The notes below the pieces were generated by a model. The model saw only the letters and a program-made list of their open reading frames with translations. It had not been told where the DNA came from and ran no database searches. A program made the translations under genes and the position numbers. A DNA stretch of 60,346 nucleotides, counting the filler, from Hausera hauseri (taxonomy: Eukaryota): NCBI GenBank assembly GCA_046269625.1. It is 10 parts of 10 records of this genome, joined end to end, with 100 filler letters (N's around TTAATTAATTAA, not from the genome) between each part and the next. Parts side by side here need not be neighbours in the genome. Positions count along the whole stretch, not along the records: positions 11,933 to 17,036 come from JBJURY010334382.1; positions 17,137 to 21,213 come from JBJURY010776647.1; positions 21,314 to 25,621 come from JBJURY010644107.1; positions 25,722 to 31,132 come from JBJURY010260399.1; 6 more parts are not named here. The stretch is one strand, 5' to 3'. Of the stretch, positions 14,394 through 26,699 are shown in pieces (position 1 is the stretch's first letter; every line of letters begins with the position of its first letter).

Positions 14394-15114
14394 ATGAATA
14401 TTTACATGGTGTTACCGAGAAACAGTTGTCCGACGACTCGTCCGAACAATTCAGTCAGTGAATACGTTGTAGATTGGAACAATCCTTTGGATTTATCTGG
14501 AAAATGGGAGGTTGCACTGACTGAATTTAACTTTCCCTACGTACCGGTGACATTGAAAGGTAGTATGAAAATAACGTACAGCAAGACTGTTATTGAAACA
14601 AAACATTCTTGTCCTGTGACACTTAGTGACAATAAAATAACAGTTGGAGAATCGACCATTTGCACGACCGAAGCAAATTACGGTTCACACGTCAAAATCG
14701 ATCTTGTTATTTTAGATCAAAGCTTACATTTTATGACAGATTTTGAATTTACTGTTACCTTTGAGTCCTCTGAGATAGCACAGAAATTTGGATTTAAAAA
14801 TACAAAGTACAAAAGTACACATTAAAAGTGAATATGCAGTTGGTCCAAGATTAAGTCCCGTACATTAGCACACAACGATGAAATTTACCTATACAGCACA
14901 AAGGGTGTCAACTTCATACGTATCGATTGATGACAATGTCTATTGCGAATCTGTAGCACATCTCTGTCAATACTTTTCAAATCAAAAGTACAAGGAGATA
15001 TTTAAAGTTTTCGAGTCAGATGCAAGTGGGTTCATTAAATTTGAATTGGCTAAGTATATTGTCGACATTTCATTGGACAAAGCTTTAGCCATGGTATTTG
15101 GTTTTGTTGGTTAA
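14394..15114 (+). pseudogene. Polinton/adintovirus minor capsid protein (penton), copy 2, truncated
   Basis: IYMVLPRNS..NNSVSEY...PLDLSGKWEVALTEFNFP; its end (IVDISLDKALAMVFGF) closely matches 47456-47515 on the minus strand. Confidence 0.85.
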
Positions 15115-18100
15115 TTTATATGTTGGTTAGGTTATCAATCACTACCTAAAAATTAACCAAACATGTAAGACTTTTGGAGATATCTATTCAGGAATAGATG
15201 GAGGTATTGGTCTGAGGTGAAGGTTTGAAAGTTCTATGGCGGTTTTGCAATACAAGGTTGCCTGCACCTACTCGATGTATGTTTCCTTGAACAGTTTTTG
15301 ATTCGGATCCTCGTACTGAGCTTTGATCCACTTGGGACATTTGTACAACAATATTTAGGGAAATCATCTATGTATCAACATCCCTGGGTGATAAAAACTT
15401 CGTCTTTCAACATGTGTTTGTATACGCGAACATTAGTTGTGCTCAACATTCATATACATGCGGACATGCATGTACACGCACATACGTATATACTTATATA
15501 TCCATACATATGCACTCATACACACTCATGATGCATTAACAACTTGTATCAAATCACTAAAGATGAAACCGGTGTTTCCTTCCGTCATGATCAATGCTGC
15601 ATTCCTCGTCAAATCAGGTAATCCATCAAATTGATGTCACACTCGAGTGTATTTATGCAATGCTTTATGGGGCTTCAATATAACAGGGTTATAATAATTT
15701 TCTATATTACCCTCGCTAAAGATTCGTAAAGTACAGTTTGAATCATCAACACGACACCTTCATCAACTTGTGAATAACTGATCATGCTCTTGCAATTCTC
15801 TTTTCGTTTCTTATTATTTGTTTGTTTCGCCTACACCTATGAAAATTGCTTCTACAGTGGCACTTCTATAAGGCTAATACAATAAATCTAATTATACCAA
15901 GGGTTCTATCTACTTGTATTGTTTACTTTAGGTATTAACACTTTTCTACCTTCGCTTTCATATTTCGTCAATGTAAAAATAATGTTTATTGTATAGGAGG
16001 GTGACAGGGTAAGTCAACCAACGTTTTTTATTAGAGTTGTTGGTTTCATCGACTCCAATCCATTTGCTCTACCATTATCTTATCTGACAACAATCGATTT
16101 TACTCATGATCACCATATGTCCCATTATCTCAGTCGATCTCTGCCACACTACGTTCTGTCATCGTAAGTTATTCAGACGCGAACAGTCAATATCATCTTG
16201 CGAATGTCCTCTTTATTTAGCTTTATCCCAAAATAAACAGCCCAGCGACGACTACCGTTACTCGGAACAAGCCGAGAAATCAAAGCACGACAGTCGTCAA
16301 TGGCGATTTCCACTATCGATTAAAACTTTATTAATACAAAACTTGTACAATTATGATGCGGCTCGTATTTAATTAGTTCTGATTGATTTAAATTACCTAA
16401 TTACCTCAATTGGTATCGTTATTAGTTTAATTATAAACATTCTATTCGTTGAACAATCAAAATATTATCGGGTAATAGACCAATTCCAACAATTGCCAGT
16501 ACCATTTCCTTCCGCATTCCCGTCAGCAGGATTGTTAATTCAACCGTTTATGGTAACGTGTTCCGCCTGATCATTTGTTGTAACTGCGTCGAGTAACGAA
16601 TCGGCTTTAATTGCAATAAAAATAGACTTCCCAATTCGAGAAATGAATTGTTTTAGTCAAGTCCCCTTCCCAATTGAACAATGAAACTCCCACTGTAAGT
16701 GCGACAGTCGTATTCATTGGAGATTGCCCGAAATTTATCGGTAACCTTTTGGGGCTAGTCAGTCGGTGTGTTTACTTGTCGAGTCTTCCTCACTGAGGCG
16801 ATTTCTGTGAGGGAATGATTTAACGGTGGTTAGCTGAGAATCGTCGGTTTCGTATCTGTTCATTCATCGATTTAACAATTAAGTATGATAACAAGGTTAC
16901 CGGAATAAATAACCTGCCTACCCAGCCTTCTTCCACTAATATAATATTATCGGGGAGGTTAATTAGATTGAATTCTTTCTTTGCTGTTAAATTTTTGTAT
17001 CAGAGTAAATTTTTGCGTGTCTTCTGTTTGCAAGAGNNNNNNNNNNNNNNNNNNNNNNNNNNNNNNNNNNNNNNNNNNNNTTAATTAATTAANNNNNNNN
17101 NNNNNNNNNNNNNNNNNNNNNNNNNNNNNNNNNNNNATTATTGTCCAGAATCTTTATGTAAAATATCAAATTAATGATGATGCAGTTTTTGAAAATAATG
17201 CGTCAAATCAACATGCTACTGTTAAAACAGGCTTCAATCAAATTTTCTTCGCGTTTAGTTATTCCAGAAAATGTGATAATTGATGGACTATGTGAGGAAG
17301 ACAATTTTAAGTATGTTTTTAATAGAAGTTTTAATAGTTAGATCGGGTTGCTGTTAGAAGCACCCCGATAACAATGGCGTAGCATGTCTGAATGAATAAC
17401 TTCAATGTATTTTTAGGAATTTCTTGTTAAATACGACTTCAACGCTCATCATTAAGTACTGGAGATCTATGTTTTGGTGGTGATTATTCTGTAAACGAAA
17501 TAACTCATACTGTAATATTTATATAACGTTTAGTTTATTTCGTTGTATTTCAACACTTAATGCAATTAAATTATCACTTCTCCCGGAATGCCCCTTAATT
17601 ACATAACCATGTTGAACACGAATAAACATCCATGTTAGATTACATAAAAAACTTAACAAAAGACTTTACGTAATTTAATGCTATCTAATTTTACCTAAAT
17701 GTTGTCTTATAAAATAATATGATATTCCTTCAAACTTTTTTGGATAAAAATTCCGGTCATACAGTTATGCACGAAAATCTACATTAGCCTGAGTTGAATT
17801 TCTGTCGGCATTGCCAGACATTGCCAAAACGGTGCTCTGTACCTTACTTATAATAGAACCTATAAATTTTTAACATTTCATTGTCTATGGGTCGCAACTT
17901 TCAAGTTTTTATACAGACCTATACACTCGATACTAGTGTTATGTTTGGCATAGCAAATCTTTGGAAAAATAAAATTAAAAACGATGACGACACCGGGTAC
18001 TCTTTGCTTTTTTAAACTAAATTTTTGGGGGTTCTTGATGAGCTAAGAAACTGAAAATCCAGGAATTCTCCTAACTTTTTCGTTAGTTTATTTTCATATA

Positions 18101-18152
18101 AATTTTATACAGATTGACCCTACTGGAGATGCACGGAGACGTAAATTTATTT

Positions 18153-20309
18153 TTACACTCTTAAGTGGGTGACGAGGTATCGGAATACCCACATATTTGT
18201 ACGGGTTTTGTATAGAAACGAAAGAGAAATTAACCTATTAACGTATTTTCCGTTTATCAAATATATACAGCAAAGTATACTAAAATGTTTCCAATTATTT
18301 TTGGAATCTTAACTGCAGTTGTGGCATGTTGATTTACTGACTGAATGTTCGACGCACACTGCTTTGTTGCAAACAGTATAGGCCATACGGGTTTCACGCC
18401 ACTTATATTTCAAGCTTCTACAGATGTAACAATTACCAATTACTTTGAGTCCCGTGTTTGTTTACTGAAAGATCCAGGAGCCCCTTGGGAATGTATTTCA
18501 TATCCAATGACATATTGCATGGTCGAACTTATGGACGTTTTTCCAACTATGATGGGATTTGTCATGCGAACGTCGATGTTTGGCATGCACAATTGAGTAG
18601 CTAAATCACGCAAGAATTTTCTGCGCCTGTATATTGAGACAAACCTAGGATTTTAGATGATATACACTGCTAAGGCTGCTACATCGATGCAGTTGTAGAA
18701 GAGCGCTAGTGGCCAATGACTAGTTCTGCGCTTACAAGTGTATTCTCCTAGTAGCTTGTCAATGTTGTACACGCCACCCTTTGTTTTATTGAAGTACGTG
18801 ATGATTTCTGGTTTAGCCGTTTTAGTCTCTTATACAGTTGGAGTCAGATGCATAGTAGATAACTGCTTTTTCCTTTTTGGGTACGTATGAACACAAAATT
18901 CCTTGCTTACTGAATGCAAAGTTGGTTGAGTACAATGACTTGTTCATATTTGGCTGAATGATCGATGGCAAGAACCTTTTGTTTTTTCTGACGGTTCTCA
19001 CAAGTGTCAAATTCCAGGAGTTCAAGACATGATCAAGTTGTAAGCTCGTGAAAAAACTGTCAATAGTCACATTTTTCCTGGGTTTTTGTATGAGGCAACA
19101 AGATCGAGTACTGTGTGCTAACCCACATTTACTTGACGTTCATTATCAGGAGGCCGCCAGTGTAGATTTTACCTAGCAACAGATGTGAATTTTCAGCGTC
19201 ACATTCTCAGAAGATTTGGATGCCATACTTTTCAGATTTCAATAGCATGTATTGCGTGAATCTTGTTCTGCCACGATAGCCAAATAGTTGTTCATCAACA
19301 GTCAAAGATTCACGTGGACTGTAGTCCTTTTGCAAGTTTCTGTTCAGCATAATCCATATATCACGAATATCAGCAGCTTTGTACGATATAGAACGTTGAT
19401 GACGTGTGGTCATTGTCCAAACGTATATATTTCAGCAGCATTTTGAATTTCCACCGGACGACATAGATACACAGATAAGAGGTAGAATATCGGATCTCCA
19501 CAATTCAGTTATACGTTCTTTGTTGGATCTATGGAAGCCACATACGATGAGGATACCAAAGAATGCGTCCAGTTCTTGTTCAGTAAATGGCTGGTTTGTC
19601 TTTGGTTTTTGGCGCTTGCTTGCATCTGAGTACTTTTGAACAAGAGTGTTATTGTAATACCGGGTGACTTTTCGTGCTTTACGGTTTGTCACCCTTAGAA
19701 TAATGTCTCACATTCCTTCGCTGGCGTACAATGTTTCGATTGACAGTTTTTACTAGCGGCGTTGGATTAAGACTCCAAAGTATACCATATTTCGCAAGAA
19801 AGTTCACTGATGCCAATGATGGTTCGCCTTTCACACTGATGTCAGAATCGGTAGAATCTTGTTCTTCAATTTCAAGGTCACCCTCTGGTTCAGCACCAGA
19901 TGCCTATGTTTTATATTGAAGTAGGAGAACTTAATCGTCGTCATCGTCAGAAGCAATAAATGATTCTTCCTCACTGTCGGATTTATCCAGAATAGCACAG
20001 ACTTGAGCATAGGTGTACATTAGACAACTTTGCTGAATCAGCCATAACGTGTTGTTTGAATGAACTAATAAAATTGTTCCGATTAGTCTGTACTATTTAT
20101 AGATCATGACGTAATGCCTAATTATACACGCGCTATTTATGGTATTGACGTAATGTTTATTTATAATCAATGCCCGTTAATTTATGTTATTGCGCATGTC
20201 CATTTGTAAACAGAACAAATTGGCCCCTTTTCATACAAAATATGTGCGGGTACCTGGGTACCCCGTCACTTACTTTGGGATGTTTTTTCTTCACTAACAT
20301 AAGGGTTAA
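18153..20309 (-). mobile_element. piggyBac transposon with decayed transposase
   Basis: TTAA-CCC end at 20303-20309; inverted GTGACG.GGTA subterminal motifs at both ends; LTVDEQLFGYRGRTRFTQYM..K.KYG, VTIDSFFTS, YFNKTKGGV, WPLALFYNCID, C-terminal Cys cluster. Confidence 0.9.
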
Positions 20310-21314
20310 TAAAAGCCTGATTTGAATTACTGAGTTCTAAGTAAAGTTTAGTTAATCTTAAGTTTCTACTTTGTTCCAAATCCTTGTTAACAACTGTGCA
20401 AGTGATTGAGATATCATGTTTAAGATAATATTTATTGTATATTTCATATTGAATTCAGTTAAAGAAAACAAGCTTATTTTAATTTCCTATATGTGATATT
20501 GAAGACATTTCAATTTTTTATGATGGGGTCTGTGACATCAAGAAGTTAATGTAGACACTCAGTTTTTGATGATCCAAAGCAGGTGTCTGAAAATACTATT
20601 CCATTAGCTGAGGATTTTTTCAGAACTTACTGTCATTATCGGCTTACCAACAATAATGACCTGACCAAGGCAATGGAGGAAATGTCGTATATACACGCTG
20701 TCGCATAGAAAAGTGTTCACCCATTGAAATATGAAACTTGCAGTGCAAAACGTATTTTTAGCTTTTTGTCTGTGTTTGCACTAATTAATTTTATGCATTG
20801 CAAACTGTTTTTGGTTAAACTTGTAGTCTGCAAGTAAAATAAAATGCTTATATGGAACTACATAAAATTATTGTAGCTGTTTAAAAACAATGCCACCAGT
20901 AAAGTAAAATAGAGGGGTAAGTTAATATCAAAGTACTACAATTCAATGTTGTTAACCAACTGAAAACAAATGATAAGTGAGTAATTATCAAACACAAATT
21001 GTACTACCTACCAAGACACAATTTGCATATGCTTCAATGCACAATTCACATTTTTATGGAAATCAATTAACAACAAATTGAAAATGGCACGTAGCAACAG
21101 TGTAGGTACATACATAGAGTGGTTAGACTTCAATTTTAGAGCCTACACATTTATTATTTGTTTTCTAAAGTAACATCATTACACACTTAATCCGCAATGA
21201 AAGCATCAAAGCANNNNNNNNNNNNNNNNNNNNNNNNNNNNNNNNNNNNNNNNNNNNTTAATTAATTAANNNNNNNNNNNNNNNNNNNNNNNNNNNNNNN
21301 NNNNNNNNNNNNNG

Positions 21315-21419
21315 CTCATGACCATCACCTCAAAAAAGAAAGCACTGGATCCCTTCGACGACAAACGACACTGGGTTGATAAAAACCATAGTGTCACATA
21401 TGGACATTATTCTATTTGA
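21315..21419 (+). CDS. polB: C-terminus of Polinton protein-primed DNA polymerase B
   Basis: LMTITSKKKALDPFDDKRHWVDKNHSVTYGHYSI*, the typical KAL.PFDDKR...YGHY end; followed by AATAAA and a TIR. Confidence 0.85.
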   Translation, partial: LMTITSKKKALDPFDDKRHWVDKNHSVTYGHYSI

Positions 21420-21778
21420 TTCTATTTTAATAAATATTTATTTCTTCTCATCTTTTTTCATAAATAAAGGGTGGGAAACCGCTTTGTTCCGGGGTGGGAA
21501 TAGTGAAACCCAGTTGGCACCAGAATCCTTTGTTCCGGGGTGAGAATAGTGAAACCCAGTTGGCACCAGAATCCTTTGTTCCGGGGTGAGAATAGTGAAA
21601 CCCAGTTGGCACCAGCTTCCTTCTACCACTGCTCCCTGATTGGTCAATTTTCCTCACCCCGCGATGACGTGTCCTCTTCCCATTTGCCAGTTTTCCTTCC
21701 CCCGATGACGTGTTCTCCTCCTATTGGCTTCCTTCCTTCCCTGGGGGGTTTGGTGCCAACTCCTCCCTTCTTACTACT
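21420..21778. mobile_element. Polinton TIR ending ...CTTACTACT (5'-AGTAGT terminus)
   Basis: Follows the PolB stop; homologous to 52990-53263; contains CCAAT boxes and TGACGTG motifs. Confidence 0.85.
21482..21615 (+). repeat. 3 x 46-bp tandem repeat inside the TIR region
   Basis: CTTTGTTCCGGGGTG(G/A)GAATAGTGAAACCCAGTTGGCACCAGAATC starting at 21482, 21528 and 21574. Confidence 0.95.
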
Positions 21779-24700
21779 TATTGTATACAGCTGGTGCTCA
21801 ATCGATCGGGTGATCGTTTGAGTCACAACAGCTTTTGATTATCCTTGTCCTTATTCTTCTTCATAGATACGTCGATAATCACCGTGATTTATTTCCGTAT
21901 GGGCCAACTGAACTCCTTCGGCGTGCATTTTCGGTCCACAATTGTTTAAAGGGCTATAACATTTTGGTCGTAGAAATATCCATTCCTGATACTGAACGCG
22001 ACCTTCACTTTCATCCTTAAAGCATCCGATTTTGTTTGTGATGGCGTTTTTGTACAATGGATGATTCTATGGGTAACTGGACGTGTCTAGTAATTCGTCT
22101 GCCACCATTTACTGCAGTAGTTGTTCGCTATTGACGTTTTTCACTTCAAAGAAAAAACTATCTGTGTCACTGGTTATTATATTTATTCTGCCACCTCCGC
22201 CGCCGAACATTTGCCGATAACGTGCCAAATCGCTATACTGAAGCTCATATATTTGCAAATTGCTCAGATAAAATACCACTTTTCCTATATAACTTGGCCG
22301 GTCCAGTACGACTTCTTCTGTTTAAAAGCACGGTAAGCAATCCATCGGCAGTGTGCACTGACCGCCGAAACTGCGCCTTACTGATGTACGTGACTTACCG
22401 CTTTTCGCTATTATATAAGCGTGCGTTAAGTCGCTTTTTCAGATTCTCTACTGCTTTTTTGTACAGGGAATTGTTTCTCAGATTGCAGTAGTCCTTTTCG
22501 AACTTTGTACAAGCTGAGAATCGTTTCTCCGAATTTCCATCTATGTACGCCTTGAAAATAAGAGCCTGAGCAAATCGGATAGCGAGATGTAGCCGTGTAA
22601 CGCGTACACCCAATTGCATGTAAAATTGCAACAGACACCAATGAACTATGTAATTTTGCTTGGGTCCTTGCGTCATAAGCAGCTTCTTCACCTTCGACCC
22701 TTGCGGACATCGTCTAAATTGGTGCGACCGGACGTTCATACAGAAAGTCATGCAGTTCATCTGGTACCACGAGATCGACCTCCGCGAGGTATCCGATTGA
22801 GCTGTTTTCTGCTGTCGTGTCGGCTCTCAGCAGATTTTCCAGTATTGTGTCAAAGTCCTGTTTGTCGACTACCCATTCAAATGAACCGTACGGCAAGGGT
22901 TGTAAAAGCGCTCAACCGTACATGTTATTAATGTCGATATACAACAATGATGTGGTATCATCACTGGTTACGTGATGCTTGTTGACAAATGCCATGCCAC
23001 CACGAATACCAACATCAAGCATTCGGTACATTTCGGGTCTTGCAATAGCTCGATATCCCGATCCAGTGACATCAGAGCTGATGCCTAACTCATTCTGGGT
23101 ATTGAGTAAAAGTTGAGTGGCACCAACCTAACTTCTGCTAACGCTTTAGCTCGAAATGTCTGAAACACATCGGCTAACAGGTACACGTCCAATTTTAAAT
23201 ACTGAAGCATGTAGTACAACATGTTTCTGCAGCCGAGCTCTGCCCAAAACGACTGTGCTTTGTGACATTCTTCTTCTTCTGTGATACCGGGCCATTGCAG
23301 TGGTAATTCGTCTGTCGTCTGGAGCCGCTCGTACGATATCGTAAAGTCATATGAGAATACTCCTTTGCTACGTGCAATATGTATGGGGAACTGAGTCAAT
23401 GCTAGCGGCACATCTGATAAGGCATTTACTAGCTTTGCCAGAGATTCATTGAGAAAATGCAATGAATCGAGGAAGCGTACTTGGAACCGGTTAATATGAG
23501 CACATAGTGACATGTATTTATCCATCGTAGACGGAATTATGGATAGTTCCAGGTCGGAAAATCGCTTATGGCCCATTTTGAAATATGGTGACAATCATAA
23601 CTCCGAAAATCATGAAAAATTACAGGTAGGAATGGCTGCACACACCTTGCCAAATTGCACGAATTGCATGCTGCTGCGAGATATCGACCGGTAAAATGGT
23701 CGTGATCCGGTATGAGCCGTTCATGTGCATCAAACTGTAATATTTTGTGGCACAGGTAACATTCATCTGTGACTGTAAACTTTAGGCGTTTATCTTCATC
23801 TGTCCACATGAAAGGTTTATTGCTATTTCTACTGTACCAGGGTGCGATTTCCATTTCTACTATTGTTCCCAACTGATGCAGGAAATCGGGTACAAGTTCC
23901 AGCCATGAAAAACCTAATATTGTGAATGACTTGCGGCTTTTATTGGGACAACCAACATACCGACGGCGATTGGAACATGTTTTTGGTCATATATGTTGTC
24001 CCGTGATAAGATAGCTTCAATATAGGCATACATAACATATGCCGGACTGTATGTTTTCGATCAATCAGTGAACCTCAGGTCCTTTTTGACGGCCATAACA
24101 TACATTGTTGTTCCCGATAAATTTTGTCTGCATAGTGTCACATGTTTCTCCCATGTTGTTACTGACCTGAATCCATGCAGACATACAGGACACCATTTAC
24201 AACGTATACGCTTTTCAATAAACTGGTCATGTTCCATGTTCAACAGTCTGTCCAAATTTGTCACGGCCACGTAATGGAAAATTTCCCCATCCTTTTTCTC
24301 TAACAGCAACAAATTTATTGGGTGTCCATTCGGGTTCAAACTTATATAGATTATATTATTATATTATTACGATTATGCTGTACCGAAACACGTTAATTGA
24401 CAGTGTCCGGTTACGCCGCTCAAAGTCGGAATGGTTTTCAGTTTCATCGTTATCAAACATTCATCAAAGTCCAATTTGAAAAAATACTGCCAATACTCAC
24501 TTGACGATATGCACTATGTCTATCCACTTGGTCATATTTTAGCACGACCAGAATACTGTAAATGAAACAGTATTCGTCGTCAGTATTTTTTGCATTTACT
24601 ACCGCATAAGAGTACTTTAGAGCTGTAGATGTCGGTATAAATCATCGTCCAGACAGGTAAATTATATCACTCGACTTTGTTATGATAAAGCCGAGAGTGC

Positions 24701-25022
24701 CAGTTTTTATAATTTGCCATCCACTACCCTTTTCGGTGTAGGTGGAGATTTTTTCGTCGAGCTTTTTAGCTATACAGGCAACAAAATCGTCGAAATACGG
24801 TTCGGCTCGATGTGACAGGTACCATTGTTTCCTGCTACCCTGCAGACTTTCAAATTCTGCAAGTGCATAATATTGCACTTTGCAGTGGTGATGTTGTTTG
24901 AATTTCTCCACTTTGGATTCCAACCGGTTGCGCACATTTTGCAGAACATGTCGCAATTGCGTTGTTGTTTCACCCCGATCCATTAGTCTGATCGTGAGTC
25001 GGCTATAATATGAAATGTTCAA
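21779..25022 (-). pseudogene. polB: Polinton protein-primed DNA polymerase B of a second element, heavily disrupted
   Basis: KGSGW, VNAKNTDDEYCFIYSIL, HYVAVTNLDRL, CPVCLHGF, DHDHFTGRY..ACNSCNL, FLDS/KGVF, YLKLDVYLLADVF, LYIDINNMYG (motif A), NNSLYK.AVEN (motif B), IGCFKDE, LRPKCYS. Confidence 0.92.
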
Positions 25023-25621
25023 CTACTGACGGGCTACGTGCTCAACCCATTTCCACAATCAGCAGATTTGAACAATGAGAAATTTTTAGAGTTTGAAAAT
25101 TTCCCATCAATTTTTCCCCATATTCCCATGGTCAGACAACGTTGAAATTGTGCGCACTGGATTCCACGATATTGATTTAACATTTAGATCAAACATTGCG
25201 CAATTCGTAAGTCGAACATTGTTTCTCATAAAACATTCCCTGTTTTGCTTCTTTTGCTTCTGGCGCCGTCCAGTAAAATTTTCTCGCCTCATCGAGCTCT
25301 ACCGATTTCCGTCGGTGACATGTGTGACATATGACATGTGCTTCCGGCTAGGGAGGGGTCTCCGACCACGACACATGAAATGCTCGGAATTGCGAGATAG
25401 GTGGGGAAGACTTGGCCCCACGTCAATCTGAGCACCTTTTTGGGATTTTGGGTGGAGGGGACACTTCTACCTACTTGATAATTTTGACTATAACATTGCG
25501 TTTTTTCGTTCGTTCGTTGGTTGCATTTTTCACCCAAATCCATTGGTCTGATCGTGAGGTAGTTATAACATGAAAATTTTCCCAACTTATGGTCAATGTA
25601 TTAGACCTATTTCAATCACCG
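24965..25621 (-). repeat. ~560-bp-period tandem unit, also present at 43161-43460 and 44067-44575
   Basis: TTTCAT(A/G)TTATA...CTCACGATCAGAC.AATGGAT recurs at ~24970-25020 and ~25530-25580; AAATCGGTAGAGCTCGA.GAGGCGAG and CATGGGAA.ATGGGGAAAAA are shared with contig 43161-47517. Confidence 0.75.
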
Positions 25622-26699
25622 NNNNNNNNNNNNNNNNNNNNNNNNNNNNNNNNNNNNNNNNNNNNTTAATTAATTAANNNNNNNNNNNNNNNNNNNNNNN
25701 NNNNNNNNNNNNNNNNNNNNNTATGCTCTGTTCCTCAAGCCAGCAAGTGTGAACGTATGCCTGCATGCTAGCTTGATTTCAATGATGACAACTCCATAAT
25801 GTGCCAATCCTGAGCATTAAGATGGATCACAAAGCTCCCGGTCTATTGACTGGTACAGCAGTGAGAAATATTAAAATGAGATTACTACAGCACATAAATG
25901 CAGTACATTAAAAGCAGAAGTTGTGGTAGCTTTGTATTTTAATATCCTTGCTAACAAGCAGAAACATGGGCTTGATCCCCAGAAATAGCAGGCTTACCTC
26001 TCTTCCTTCTCTATCCCACATACCTCCCTACTCCTAAAATATCAACCAAGAACGTGTGTCAGAAATCAACAGCAGCTGATTTTGTTTTAGTTTTGGAATG
26101 TTAACAAAAATCAAATACGAATACTAAAGAAACAGGCGCAAATGCTAAAGTCCTGCTCCTGACATACAGTTTTTAGTTCCTAAACAAGACAACAGGAACA
26201 ATAAATCATATAAGCCCTCAAACTAGCATGCACTGAGCAAAAGGGGCTCACAGCCTTGAACAGTAACTCATTTATGACAACTCCTGATTTCAGTCATGAC
26301 AACTCTTTAAGTCAAATACCCAGCTTTCAGTAAATAGTTGTAGAAGTATTACCTAAAATGGAAATCTTCCTACAGAATGAATAAAGACATTTTTTTTTAA
26401 ATGCACACAATCTTGAAAGAAAATGTGATGACTTTAATCACAGAAAATCTGATTTTCATTTTAAAATTTTAATTCAACTTTCTAAATTTGACTATTAATA
26501 AAAAGGACCTAGTGTTGTCGATCAAACCTATAAATATTCCACCAATATTATTAGATTTTAACTTCTTTTAAATTATTTTAGAGAATATCCCAAATATCAC
26601 TGGGCTAATCCCAAAGACCACAGATTACTTATACCCAACTCTTAAACTTTAAATTTGCCTTAGTAGCCACTAAACTAAANNNNNNNNNNTAAATCTCAA

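Noticed and set aside
15115-17036. Degenerate coding remnants (possible retroelement fragments)
   Set aside because: No motif convincing enough to assign by eye
21482-21615. CRISPR-like array
   Set aside because: Units are contiguous and near-identical with no unique spacers; eukaryotic transposon terminus context, no cas genes
21438-21826. Short ORFs across the TIR (including ...HQLYTISSKKGG) as real genes
   Set aside because: They are translations of tandem repeats or read-through across the insertion junction
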